Shown: positions 37,417 to 47,018 of the stretch, piece by piece
Numbering within the stretch: position 1 is the first letter of the stretch
Layout: every line of letters starts with the position of its first letter
Source of the DNA: an uncultured archaeon
Lineage (GTDB): Archaea; Iainarchaeota; Iainarchaeia; Iainarchaeales; JAAZKV01
Assembly (NCBI GenBank): GCA_902385225.1
Contig: CABMEU010000024.1
Location: forward strand, 5,606 to 69,605
Direction: 5' to 3'
DNA: 64,000 bases
Made by a program: the position numbers and the translations under genes
The notes under the pieces: generated by a model
The model's input: only the letters and a program-made list of their open reading frames with translations
Databases searched by the model: none
What the model was told of the DNA's origin: nothing

Positions 37417-38589
37417 TTACTTACATGCCTCTTCCACAAGTTTCTTTACAGGCATTATTTTTATCTTTGATTGATTTTTTGAGTATGCATAGTAGCATCC
37501 TTTCGCTGAATCGGTTGCGAGGCACTTGAACCTGCCTTTGATTGGCGCAACAACACAGCATGTATCCGCCGCGAATTTTGCTCCAGCGTCTTCAATTATT
37601 TTTGAGTATCCTACTTGGTCAGCGATTCTTTTTGTCGGGCGTGCGGTTGTTATCCAGAACTCTTTTTTCACTTTCTTTCCCTTTAATAGTTCAGCGAGTT
37701 TTGCGATTTCCGCAAGACTTGCGTGCGGGCATCCTACACTGATAAAATCAATTTCGCCGTCCATATTCATTTCTTTTATTGCCTTATCAATATCTTCTCT
37801 TGTAATTACAATTTCTTCTTTTGGGGTTTTTGTCTTTCCCGGAGTAATTCCTTTCATGTGGAATATTGCAGCTCCGCCGTATGTTGCTATGCTTGCGCTA
37901 AAAGATTTTAATTCATCAACAGTTGCTTCTTTTATTCCCACAATAAGTGTTGGTTTTGCTTTTACTTTTTCTCCGATTGCTTTTCCTAGAGCCCCAAATT
38001 CGTGTGTTCCGTCAAGTTTGCATTTAACTTTTACTTTTACTTTTGCTTCTCTTGCTTCATCAAGCTGCATTCCATAAAGAGGGGTTTTTCCTGTTAGGGC
38101 GCTAGCGAGTGCGCTTGGTCCGCCTTCTCTGTTTGTTCTTGCGCCAAGAACTGAATTAGCATATGCAACAGCTGAACTCTCGCTCCAAGCGATGTGTTCA
38201 TTAAAGTGCGGGTCATTTCCCACTAAATATGGTGTGCAAGTGCAAGTGGTTACTACCCCCATTTTGGCAAATGCTTCTATTACTTTTTTCTGCTTTACTG
38301 CAAAATCTTCAGGTATCCCTAGTGCTTTGTAGTTTTCAAGGTCCATTCCTGCCGGATTCAAAGTTGTAAGTACTCTTACTTTCCCGTCCTTTGCAAGTTC
38401 ATCAAGATAATCAAGCCCCGCGTCCCCTAGGTTATCATAACTAACCCCGGCGATTTGCACAGATGTTACATCAACGAGTTTCTCCGCGCCATAGATTTCC
38501 CCAAGCGCAATAAGTATCTCCATGCTCTTCTTCACGGCGTTACCATACTTACCTTCCGCCATTTTCTTTTCTTCGCTAGTCAGCTTCAT
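37417..38589 (-). CDS. Phosphomevalonate dehydratase large subunit (aconitase X catalytic, DUF521)
   Basis: TTLNP, TCTPY, ESSA...NSV.GARTNRE, GCPH, DTC and TDSAK motifs. Confidence 0.92.
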   Translation of the reverse strand: MKLTSEEKKMAEGKYGNAVKKSMEILIALGEIYGAEKLVDVTSVQIAGVSYDNLGDAGLDYLDELAKDGKVRVLTTLNPAGMDLENYKALGIPEDFAVKQKKVIEAFAKMGVVTTCTCTPYLVGNDPHFNEHIAWSESSAVAYANSVLGARTNREGGPSALASALTGKTPLYGMQLDEAREAKVKVKVKCKLDGTHEFGALGKAIGEKVKAKPTLIVGIKEATVDELKSFSASIATYGGAAIFHMKGITPGKTKTPKEEIVITREDIDKAIKEMNMDGEIDFISVGCPHASLAEIAKLAELLKGKKVKKEFWITTARPTKRIADQVGYSKIIEDAGAKFAADTCCVVAPIKGRFKCLATDSAKGCYYAYSKNQSKIKIMPVKKLVEEACK

Positions 38590-38613
38590 AATAACACCTT
38601 GTAAACACAAGCT

Positions 38614-39417
38614 TTAATTCCTTACCATTCTGTTAACTCTCCTTGAGTCAAACTTCTTAGTAAAGTCAACTATTGGAACACCCATTCGTTTGGCTTCCTT
38701 TTTCTGCGCTGTTGTTGAATACCCTCTTCTGTAAAGCACCGCTTTTACGCCTGTTCCACGTGCCACTTTTACTTGTTCAATTGCATCTTCTACAAGCATT
38801 ATTCTGTTTAGCGGCTTTCCGCTTCTCTCTGAAATTATTTTCAGCATCTGCGCTTTATCTTTTGCATCCTCTGACGCCAAAACCCTGCTTGCAGGAATAT
38901 CAATTTTATATCTTTTCAACAATTCAAGTATTGACCCTCTTGTTTTTGTTGATGCAATATAAATATCGTTTCCTCTTCGCACTTTCTTGATGAATTCCGC
39001 TATTTTTGGAAAACTTCTATTCAACCTGTTCCATCGCGCGTTATCATTTTTTATCATTTCTTCTCTGTGGCGCTGGTAAATTTCATCAAATTGTTTTGCT
39101 TTTGTCGCATCCGCCCTAAATCCCGCGTTCATTTGCCCCTGGGTCAAATTATTAAAATTAATTCTCGGGTTTTCCTCTATCATTCGCATTACTGTGAAAA
39201 AATGGTCTCGTTTTGTTATTAGCGGGCGCGCCTGCATGAATTGTTTTTCAACTTGCGCAGAGGGTTTTGTTTTTCCGCCAACATCAGCCCATGCTTTCAT
39301 AGTCTGAACATAGCACTCGTACGCCGTGTCGCCTATTACTCCGTCAAAGTCAAACGCAACAACTCCTCTTCGTTCAGAGTTCATTGCGCGTTTTACACTT
39401 CTTGGTAGTTTTGCCAT
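38614..39417 (-). CDS. HAD-family hydrolase with a basic N-terminal extension
   Basis: FDFDGV (motif I), ASTK, K, VEDA (motif IV). Confidence 0.8.
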   Translation of the reverse strand: MAKLPRSVKRAMNSERRGVVAFDFDGVIGDTAYECYVQTMKAWADVGGKTKPSAQVEKQFMQARPLITKRDHFFTVMRMIEENPRINFNNLTQGQMNAGFRADATKAKQFDEIYQRHREEMIKNDNARWNRLNRSFPKIAEFIKKVRRGNDIYIASTKTRGSILELLKRYKIDIPASRVLASEDAKDKAQMLKIISERSGKPLNRIMLVEDAIEQVKVARGTGVKAVLYRRGYSTTAQKKEAKRMGVPIVDFTKKFDSRRVNRMVRN

Positions 39418-39455
39418 TTTTTACACCAAAATACAAGCAACAATTGATGAATTAT

Positions 39456-40742
39456 TCACAAGTACTTTTTCACATCGTACTTAGGGAATTGTGTTCTTGT
39501 CATTTTTTCTTTTCTGTCCATTCTTCCGGTTAAATCAAATCCCGCTTTGCATGTTTCTCTGTATGCTTTTCCTTCTACCGCTTCTGAGCTTGGGTCAAGG
39601 GATGAGCCTTTTTGTTTTGGGAACAAGTACAAGTTTTTGTCTCCTTGGAATCTTGTCGCCATGCTCCATTCAACTTCGAGCGGGTCGTAAATATTTATGT
39701 CCTTATCAACCACAAAGAAGTGTTTTCCGCTTGTGTGGCCTTTCATTGCGGCTTCAATTGCTTTCTTTCCGTCCTCTTCACTCTTCTTGTTAATTTTTAC
39801 AATTACGTGGAACCATGAGCTTCCGCCCGCGTTAACGCTCACATCAATTACATCTATTCCGGCTTTTTTTACTTCATCAAATACAGTTGGTTCTCTTGGC
39901 ATTCCCATCATGATTTTGTGCTCAAATCCGCCAGGCAAAAGTGCATGCCATATCGGGTTTGGTCTTGCATAAATTTTTTCCACTGTGAATACTGGTTCCT
40001 CTCTAATAATATCTGAAGTCCCTGTCAAGTCAACGAAAGGTCCTTCTTTGTGTCTTTCATTTAGCGAGAGTGTTCCTTCCATTATGAATTCTGAATCGGC
40101 TGGAAGCTCTGCGTCAAATGTTTTTGCTTTTACTACTTCAATTGGCTGAATTGAATTTGCGATTTCAAGTTCATTTACTCCTAAGGGAGGCGCCATTGCT
40201 GCCGCGAGCTGTGTTTCTCCTCCGCATCCGATGCAGTAAGCCGCTTTCATTGTCCCATTATTTTTCTTTAGTAATTCCATTGTGTTTCTTTCAAGTATTC
40301 TAAACGCCATTTTGTTTTTTGCGAATACCATTCCTCTGTGGTAGCAAACATTTTGTCCAACCGCAGGGTCTTTTACTATTACTAGCCCGCTTGCAACATA
40401 CGGTCCGCCGTCTTTTTCGGTGTGAATAAGTACTGGTAATTTATTCAAATCAACTTCTAGTTCAACGTGATCTGTTTTTGTTACAACTTTTGGTTTAGTT
40501 GGTTTATTTAGCGCTGCAATCATTTTTGGCACTAAATCTTTTACTTCGCACTTAAGGTATTTTGCAACCTTTTCTTTTGATGCGAATACATTCGCCGCAA
40601 CTTTGTATTGTGATTCCTTCATTTTCTCAAACATTATGCTTTTTTCGCCCGCAGAATAAATTATTCCGCTCGCCTCAAGATTAACCGAAACAGGTTTTTT
40701 TATTACATAATCTGTTGTTTTTACGAATTCTCGAAAACTCAT
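39456..40742 (-). CDS. UbiD-family decarboxylase (probable anhydromevalonate phosphate decarboxylase)
   Basis: DGGPY, YHR, EGPF and VVDKDINIYD motifs; clustered with AcnX, UbiX, MVK and IPK. Confidence 0.9.
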   Translation of the reverse strand: MSFREFVKTTDYVIKKPVSVNLEASGIIYSAGEKSIMFEKMKESQYKVAANVFASKEKVAKYLKCEVKDLVPKMIAALNKPTKPKVVTKTDHVELEVDLNKLPVLIHTEKDGGPYVASGLVIVKDPAVGQNVCYHRGMVFAKNKMAFRILERNTMELLKKNNGTMKAAYCIGCGGETQLAAAMAPPLGVNELEIANSIQPIEVVKAKTFDAELPADSEFIMEGTLSLNERHKEGPFVDLTGTSDIIREEPVFTVEKIYARPNPIWHALLPGGFEHKIMMGMPREPTVFDEVKKAGIDVIDVSVNAGGSSWFHVIVKINKKSEEDGKKAIEAAMKGHTSGKHFFVVDKDINIYDPLEVEWSMATRFQGDKNLYLFPKQKGSSLDPSSEAVEGKAYRETCKAGFDLTGRMDRKEKMTRTQFPKYDVKKYL

Positions 40743-40776
40743 TGAAACCACCTTTAATCATCAAATAACTACGGGC

Positions 40777-41334
40777 TTACTTTCGCCCCCACCTGTCATA
40801 ATTCTTATTTGAAATTCCTAATAAATCCATCGCCTTGCCTGCTATAAAGTCCTCCAAATCGGCTATCTTCTTCGGTTTGCTGTAAAAGCCGGGGCTTAGG
40901 GGGAATATTATTGCTCCATAGATTGAGAGTTTCCAAAGGTTCTCAAGCGCTGGTCCGCTTAGGGGTGTTTCTCTAAACCCAACCACCAGCGGTTTTCGTG
41001 TTTTTAGCATATTATCAGCGCATCTTGTAATGAGAGAGGATGTATGAGCATGAAGTATCTCGGAGCAAGTCTTAATTGAGGCTGGGAGTATTATCATCCC
41101 GTCAACCAAAAATGAGCTTGAAGAAATGCTTGCGGCCAAATCTTTGTTTGAATAACTCTTTGTGGCGAGTTTTTTTAGCGCGGATATTTTTTTGCCAGTT
41201 TCAAGCTTCAATACTTCCTCCGCCCATTCGCTTACAACCAAATGCACCTCAACTTTCTGCGCTTTCAAAGCCTTAAGCAGAGCTAGAGCATAATTTGCGC
41301 CGGAAGCGCCTGTTACTGCAACAATTATTCTCAT
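40777..41334 (-). CDS. ubiX: Flavin prenyltransferase UbiX
   Basis: VTGASG, ASISS, RETPL and PGFY motifs. Confidence 0.93.
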   Translation of the reverse strand: MRIIVAVTGASGANYALALLKALKAQKVEVHLVVSEWAEEVLKLETGKKISALKKLATKSYSNKDLAASISSSSFLVDGMIILPASIKTCSEILHAHTSSLITRCADNMLKTRKPLVVGFRETPLSGPALENLWKLSIYGAIIFPLSPGFYSKPKKIADLEDFIAGKAMDLLGISNKNYDRWGRK

Positions 41335-41380
41335 AAAAACCAACCACAAATTATTTGTCTGCAAAAAAACAGACCTGATT

Positions 41381-42310
41381 TTATCCGATTACCGTGCGTG
41401 ATGCTTTGTATCCTTTTGCTTCAATCGCTTTTGCAACTTTTTCCTGCAGTTCTTTTCCGGGAGTTAGCGCAATTACGAGTCCTCCTCGTCCGGTTCCGGT
41501 TAGTTTTGCCCCGTATGCTCCCGCACTTCTAGCGGTGTCAACGATTTCATCAAGTTCCTTGCATGAAACGGTAATTTGTTGAAGCAACGAGTGATTTTTG
41601 TTCATTAGTTCGCCGACTTTTTTCAAATCATATCTCTTTAGCGCACTCTGCGCTTCTTTTACAAGTTTAGTGTATTCCTCAAACACTTTCCCAATTCGTG
41701 CTGGCTCTGATTCTTTTAATTTTTTCACATCCCCAACAACTTCTTTTGTAAGTGCGGTAAGCCCTGAGTTTCCAAGCACAATTTCAATTGGTTTTTTTAC
41801 TTTTATTAAATCCATTTTGTTTGCTCCGCCCGCCAAATTCTTTTGGAATACTAAAAACCCGCCGTAAACAGCAACTGTATTGTCTATTCCGCTTGGTGTT
41901 CCGCTCCCCGCTGTCTCTCCCTCAAATGCGGCTTTGTTTATTTGTTCATCATTCCAATTCATTTTGTATTCTTCGCTTATTGCCCGCGCTAGTGATGCCG
42001 CAGTTGCCGCGCTTGCTCCGATTCCTGACGCGGGAACTAAATCTCCGCCGAGAGTGATTTCAAGTTTTTCTGGAACCTGCAGATATTCAAGTATTCGTGA
42101 AATGAGCGCAGAGTACTCAAATTTTTTTTCTTCTTTGTATCCTGGTGTCGCAGGGCGATTATCAATTAAATTATAACCATTCTCGCCGTCAATTGGTTTT
42201 ACTTCGCAAGTGGTGGTTACTCCTAGCGCTGCCGGGATTCCTTCAAGCCCATAAACAACGAAGTGCTCGCCGAACAGAATTGTTTTTCCGTATCCTTTTC
42301 CTTTTCCCAT
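41381..42310 (-). CDS. mvk: Mevalonate kinase
   Basis: KTILFGEHFVVYG, GIGASAA, PSGID and KLTGTGRGG GHMP motifs. Confidence 0.93.
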   Translation of the reverse strand: MGKGKGYGKTILFGEHFVVYGLEGIPAALGVTTTCEVKPIDGENGYNLIDNRPATPGYKEEKKFEYSALISRILEYLQVPEKLEITLGGDLVPASGIGASAATAASLARAISEEYKMNWNDEQINKAAFEGETAGSGTPSGIDNTVAVYGGFLVFQKNLAGGANKMDLIKVKKPIEIVLGNSGLTALTKEVVGDVKKLKESEPARIGKVFEEYTKLVKEAQSALKRYDLKKVGELMNKNHSLLQQITVSCKELDEIVDTARSAGAYGAKLTGTGRGGLVIALTPGKELQEKVAKAIEAKGYKASRTVIG

Positions 42311-42322
42311 TTTAAACCACCT

Positions 42323-43144
42323 TTAACCAAACTCACGAATATATGTGCGCTCCGGAGGATCTACAAGTCTTTTTATCCTTTCATCAAGATTATCTCGTAG
42401 TGTCTCCCAAAATAAATTTAATCTCGCATCTTTTTCTTTTAACCCTAAAAAACTCCTTATGGGGCTCCAAACTGTTGCAGCATCAGTGTATACAAGTTTT
42501 ACCCCAATAGCTGCATAAACTGTAGGATCAGATCCATAGTCTACTCGCTGTATATTCTCTAAATCGTGAATAACTACCCCCAACTTGCCATCTTTCTTCT
42601 TATAAAAACCAAAGACCTCCATTCCACCTATTTCAAATCCTGCATTTGCGATTTTTGCAGTACAGCGCGCTAATTCTTTTATGAAATAAGCATCTTTTTT
42701 AATTGACATTCGTGAAAGCCTATTAGGATATCCATGCGGCAAAATCCCGAAAAAGGGCCTATTTAATGGTTGAATCTTTGAATGGTTGCCCTTTTTAAAA
42801 AATGCTTCTGTTGCAATATAATATTTAGTCGAAAACGCCCCCTCTTTAGACACTAACCCTTGATGAGGCACAGGCAAACCTAACTTCCTTAGTTCATGTG
42901 CAATTGATATTGATTCTTTTGCATCTCGCACCCCATGCTTGTTAATGGGTCTTAAAAAAACTGTTCTTGGTTTAACCCCAGTTTCTTTTTTCCAATAAAC
43001 TTTTCCAACTCTATAATGCGTAAATTTTTTTGTGAGGCCTTCTGGCGAGTAAATCGAAAAAGACCGTGTTATTCCAGGAAATATGCGTCTCCCAACTTTT
43101 ACATGCGAAACATCTGTTTCAGTGAGAACTCTTTTTTGCTTCAT
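42323..43144 (-). CDS. Basic hypothetical protein, possibly a degenerate kinase-like fold
   Basis: E..IAHELRKLGLPVP...YIATE, ELAR..AKIANAG and VVIHDLE resemble RIO/Kdo/Bud32-type kinases; no HxD catalytic loop. Confidence 0.6.
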   Translation of the reverse strand: MKQKRVLTETDVSHVKVGRRIFPGITRSFSIYSPEGLTKKFTHYRVGKVYWKKETGVKPRTVFLRPINKHGVRDAKESISIAHELRKLGLPVPHQGLVSKEGAFSTKYYIATEAFFKKGNHSKIQPLNRPFFGILPHGYPNRLSRMSIKKDAYFIKELARCTAKIANAGFEIGGMEVFGFYKKKDGKLGVVIHDLENIQRVDYGSDPTVYAAIGVKLVYTDAATVWSPIRSFLGLKEKDARLNLFWETLRDNLDERIKRLVDPPERTYIREFG

Positions 43145-43154
43145 AAGCTACACA

Positions 43155-43559
43155 TCAAAACTTCGGCACAAACTTTGTCCCGTAGTGGATTACGCCTTTC
43201 TCTCCGCTTGAATAGAATTTTCTAAATACTGCTTCTACTTCTGTTCCGATTTTGAGGTCCTCGTATTTGCAGTCCATTACCTGTGCTTCTATTCTTGCGC
43301 CTTCAACAAGATCAATTACTGCAACACAATAAGGCGTTTTGTTTTCAAACGCTTCGGGTCCGCCGTGGATTTGGGTGAAAGCCGCGATTTTCCCGCGCCC
43401 CGAAAAATCTATTTCCGTAAAATCAAGGTTTCCGCAAGGACACATTCCTTTGTACTCAAAGTATGTTGCGCTACACTTTGTGCATTTGTATCCGCGGAGT
43501 TTGTAGCGGTCGGAGTAGTTTCTCCATCGAATTATCGGGCTTTCACGAAACATTTTCAT
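43155..43559 (-). CDS. DUF35 Zn-ribbon/OB-fold scaffold of the thiolase-HMGS complex
   Basis: CTKC...CPC, PYCVA, VEAVFRK and YGTKF motifs; adjacent to thiolase. Confidence 0.92.
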   Translation of the reverse strand: MKMFRESPIIRWRNYSDRYKLRGYKCTKCSATYFEYKGMCPCGNLDFTEIDFSGRGKIAAFTQIHGGPEAFENKTPYCVAVIDLVEGARIEAQVMDCKYEDLKIGTEVEAVFRKFYSSGEKGVIHYGTKFVPKF

Positions 43560-43585
43560 CACTCACAATTCTTTATTAAAAAAAT

Positions 43586-43789
43586 TCACCACTTTTTTTT
43601 GAACTGGCTTCTTTTTACAAGAGGCTCATTCATTGCCTGGTCTTCTCTCCATTTCTTTGCGGCAAGGTATCTGCTCCCCGCTTCGTCCTCGACGGGAATT
43701 GGTGCTTCTTCAGCCGGTCTTTTTAGTTGTCCTAATCTAACTGGCTCCTCCTGTTTCTTTGATTTGAAGATTTTATCCATTATTCCCAT
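43586..43789 (-). CDS. Small hypothetical protein (67 aa)
   Basis: GGGTGA RBS; starts MGIMDKIFKSKK; lies between thiolase and DUF35. Confidence 0.6.
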   Translation of the reverse strand: MGIMDKIFKSKKQEEPVRLGQLKRPAEEAPIPVEDEAGSRYLAAKKWREDQAMNEPLVKRSQFKKKW

Positions 43790-43851
43790 GTTTTCACCCT
43801 TTTTAGTTTCCTAAATATAATTTTTTCACGACTGCCTTATTCACCATATCA

Positions 43852-45006
43852 TCATTTCATTTTTTTAAATACGTGTACGCATGCTGTTCCGCCTGAACCG
43901 CCTACGTTGTATGTTACTCCTGTAGTCGCTCCTTTTACTTGTCTTTTTCCGCCTTCTCCGCGCAATTGCATTGTGGCTTCTATTGCCTGTTTTATTCCTG
44001 TTGCGGCAACTGGGTGCCCGCATGCTTTTAATCCGCCTGAGGTATTTACCGGCTTTTTGCCGTCAAAGTATGTTTGTTTTGAAGTATAAAGCTGTGCCGC
44101 TTCTCCTTGCTTTGCAAGTCCCAAGGCTTCCACAGCATATATTTCAGCTATTGAGAAGCAATCATGCACTTCGGCGAATGAAACATCTTTTGCTGTGATT
44201 CCCGCTTGTTTGTATGCGCTCTGCGCCGCATTAATTCCCGCGTCGAGTCGCAGTAAAGATTTTCTTCGCGCAAGCGAGAGTGTGTCTGTTGCAAGCCCCG
44301 AACCTGTAATATAAACTTCCGCGCCCATTTTCTTCGCGGTTTTCTCTGAAGCCAAAATTATTGATGCCGCTCCGTCTGTGATTGGAGAGCAGTCAAAGAG
44401 TGTCAATGGGTCGGCAACCATTGTGGAGTTTAATACCGTATCAACTGTGATTTCGCTTTGGTATTGAGCGTATGGATTGCGCGCGCCGTGGAAGTGATTC
44501 TTTACTGATACCTCTGCGAGTACTTCTCTCTTTAATCCGTATTCTTTCATGTAAGCGCTTGCAAGTAATGCATAGAGCCCTGGAAAAGTTAATCCGTTGA
44601 ATCCTTCAAGCTCTTCATCTCCCGCGCCCATTAGTGCTGTTGTTACTTGTTCGGTTGAAATGTCAGTCATTTTTTCCACGCCCGAGGCCATTACTATATC
44701 TGCGCTTCCGCTTTCAATCGCGGCTATTCCCTGTCTTAATGCCAACGAGCCTGATGCGCATGCTCCTTCTACTCTTACTGAAGGTTTGTTCAAATTCAAG
44801 TTCTCCGCTGCCATTGCGCCGATATGAAGCTGTCCTGATGCAAGCCCCGCTATCATGTTTCCTGTGAAGAGCGAATCTATTTGCTTTGCGTCAATTTTTG
44901 CGTCGTTTAGCGCGCGCAGCTGTGCGTCAAGCAGTAGCTCTCGCAGTCCTTGCTCCCATATTTCACCGAATTTGGTGATTCCGATTCCAATTACTCCAAC
45001 CTTCAT
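43852..45006 (-). CDS. Acetoacetyl-CoA thiolase, archaeal type
   Basis: EGACASG, KNH, CSPITDGA, EVHDCF and GHPVAATG motifs. Confidence 0.94.
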   Translation of the reverse strand: MKVGVIGIGITKFGEIWEQGLRELLLDAQLRALNDAKIDAKQIDSLFTGNMIAGLASGQLHIGAMAAENLNLNKPSVRVEGACASGSLALRQGIAAIESGSADIVMASGVEKMTDISTEQVTTALMGAGDEELEGFNGLTFPGLYALLASAYMKEYGLKREVLAEVSVKNHFHGARNPYAQYQSEITVDTVLNSTMVADPLTLFDCSPITDGAASIILASEKTAKKMGAEVYITGSGLATDTLSLARRKSLLRLDAGINAAQSAYKQAGITAKDVSFAEVHDCFSIAEIYAVEALGLAKQGEAAQLYTSKQTYFDGKKPVNTSGGLKACGHPVAATGIKQAIEATMQLRGEGGKRQVKGATTGVTYNVGGSGGTACVHVFKKMK

Positions 45007-45030
45007 AATATCAACTCTTTTCATTCTCAT

Positions 45031-45777
45031 TTATCTTTTTTTCAATTCCAGCCAATACTGTATCTGCTTAATCATCTTCGCATTATCTTCTGGGTTTGCA
45101 AGATGAGGAACCATTATCTCTATAATTGAACCATCCTTCATAACCAATCGAATTTTCTTCCCGCCTGCTGCATCAATCAATTCCTTTTTCAAAACTTGTT
45201 CAAATTCAATTTTTTGTTCCGCTCCTGTTGCTTGATTATAAATCTTAAATTCCGCGCCATATCTTACAAATGAAACCGAGTGGCCAGCCATTTCACCTTC
45301 AATATACTCCGGTCCAGCTGTTGCCAGCAAGTCGCTGATTTTCATCCTGTGTCTTCCAAATCCCAATACTTGTTTTCTATTTGTGAGAATCAATTCTCCT
45401 TTCGCATTAACATAAACAAATTTTTTTCCGGTTGATTCCACTTGTCTCTTAAACTCAGGAAATCTTTGCAGTTCAGCGGCAAATGCGTGCCCTATTCCTT
45501 TTGTCGCCCCTCGTGTTGCATCCCTGCCTATTCTAATTTTTTTACCACCAAACTTAATTTCAACTCCTTTCCAATCTTTTAAGATCCTCATTCCTGTTGC
45601 GCCCACTGCAAAATCGGAAATTGTTCTTGAATTTACACTTCCTTTTAATTCCCTAAACCTGTGCTTGTTTGCCTCGTGCGGTGCTTTCCACATTAACCCT
45701 CTCATTTTTGCTAGGTGCCCTGCAAGTTTGGGTGTGACAAATTTGTCAGTTGGGTGTATAACTTTCACTCGGCCCAT
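45031..45777 (-). CDS. Basic hypothetical protein between HMG-CoA synthase and thiolase
   Basis: About 248-aa ORF with a GTGA RBS just after the HMGS stop; no recognised domain. Confidence 0.7.
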   Translation of the reverse strand: MGRVKVIHPTDKFVTPKLAGHLAKMRGLMWKAPHEANKHRFRELKGSVNSRTISDFAVGATGMRILKDWKGVEIKFGGKKIRIGRDATRGATKGIGHAFAAELQRFPEFKRQVESTGKKFVYVNAKGELILTNRKQVLGFGRHRMKISDLLATAGPEYIEGEMAGHSVSFVRYGAEFKIYNQATGAEQKIEFEQVLKKELIDAAGGKKIRLVMKDGSIIEIMVPHLANPEDNAKMIKQIQYWLELKKR

Positions 45778-45785
45778 AAGTATCA

Positions 45786-46826
45786 CTATTGGTGTATTCC
45801 CTCCATGTGTTTTAGGTACTGCGGGTATGTAATGTATTCTTTTCTTGCGATGTAGTCATTTACCTTGCGTGCTTTTTTCTGCGCTTCGGTAATTTTTTTT
45901 GTTGCAGTAAAAATAAATGCGTCGCTTCCTGAACCGGAACCATAGGAGGTTACCAAAATTTTGTCTCCTGGTTTTGCGACATCAAGCACGCTTGCGAGTC
46001 CCAATATTGAGGAGCCTGAATAGGTGTTTCCGATTTTTGTGACAACTAGCCCCGCTTCGATTTGTTCTTTTGTCGCGCCGAATTGTTTTGCCATTCTTAG
46101 GGGGAACTTTCCATTCGGCATGTGGAATACAACGTATTTGAAGTCCGTGATTTTTGCTCCGCTTTTTTTAAGAATCATATCAGTTGCGCTCGAAACGTGT
46201 TTGAAGTATGCGGGTTCTCCTGTGAATCTTCCTGCGTGTGATGGGTAGGCTTGCATTGCTCTTCTCCAAAAATCAGGAGTATCGCTAGTGAATGAGCAAG
46301 TATAGTCAAGTGTTGCGACGCTTTCAGAATTTGGTCCAACAATAAATGCCGCTCCGCCTGCTGCCGCGCTGTACTCAAGCGCGTTTCCCGGTTCGGCTTG
46401 GGAAGTGTCCGCACCGATGCTTAATCCGTATTTTATCATTCCTGAGTCAACGAGCCCGGCGTTTATTTGTATTGTCGCGCTCCCTGCTTTGCATGCGAAT
46501 TCTGTATCAACCGCCATGTATGCGTTTCCAATATCAAGCGCTTCTCCAACAATTGATGCGGTTGGTTTTACTGCGTAGGGGTGGGATTCGCTTCCAACAT
46601 AAACCGAGCCGATTTGTTTTCTATCGATTCCGGCTCTAGCGAGCGCGTCGCGCGCGGCGTGAACTGAAATAGTGGCTGTGTCCTCATCTTTTCCAGGAAC
46701 ACTTTTTTCAGTTAAACCAAGTCCGGCTTTTATCGCGGCCGCGTCTGCGTTCTGTACTTCCGCAATTGTTTCGGCTTTTATCCTGTACTTAGGAATGTAT
46801 GAGCCCCATCCGACTATTCCTGCCAT
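45786..46826 (-). CDS. Hydroxymethylglutaryl-CoA synthase, archaeal type
   Basis: GSESHPYAVKP, EFACKAG, DFWRR, FHMPN, GNTYSG and SYGSG motifs. Confidence 0.96.
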   Translation of the reverse strand: MAGIVGWGSYIPKYRIKAETIAEVQNADAAAIKAGLGLTEKSVPGKDEDTATISVHAARDALARAGIDRKQIGSVYVGSESHPYAVKPTASIVGEALDIGNAYMAVDTEFACKAGSATIQINAGLVDSGMIKYGLSIGADTSQAEPGNALEYSAAAGGAAFIVGPNSESVATLDYTCSFTSDTPDFWRRAMQAYPSHAGRFTGEPAYFKHVSSATDMILKKSGAKITDFKYVVFHMPNGKFPLRMAKQFGATKEQIEAGLVVTKIGNTYSGSSILGLASVLDVAKPGDKILVTSYGSGSGSDAFIFTATKKITEAQKKARKVNDYIARKEYITYPQYLKHMEGIHQ

Positions 46827-46942
46827 AAAATCAACACCATGATTATCTCTCTTGACAATAAAAAACCTAGCCATTGGTTACAAAGATCATTTTCATAGCC
46901 AAAGCATTCAACGCCACTAATAACTACTCTCTAAGAATCCTG

Positions 46943-46989
46943 ATTTAAAAACCTTTCCAGAGAGACGAAACGGATTACGACAATTGACG
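46943..46989 (-). promoter_or_regulatory. Mevalonate-operon promoter: TATA box plus conserved motif (copy 2)
   Basis: TATA at 46943-46951; CGAA at 46966; TACGACAATTGACG at 46976-46989. Confidence 0.7.
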
Positions 46990-47018
46990 TGCAAGGGGGT
47001 TTTTGGAGCGCGAATTAA

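Noticed and set aside
39456..41334. UbiD/UbiX as ubiquinone or aromatic-acid decarboxylation genes
   Set aside because: Context with AcnX, MVK and IPK favours anhydromevalonate phosphate decarboxylase.
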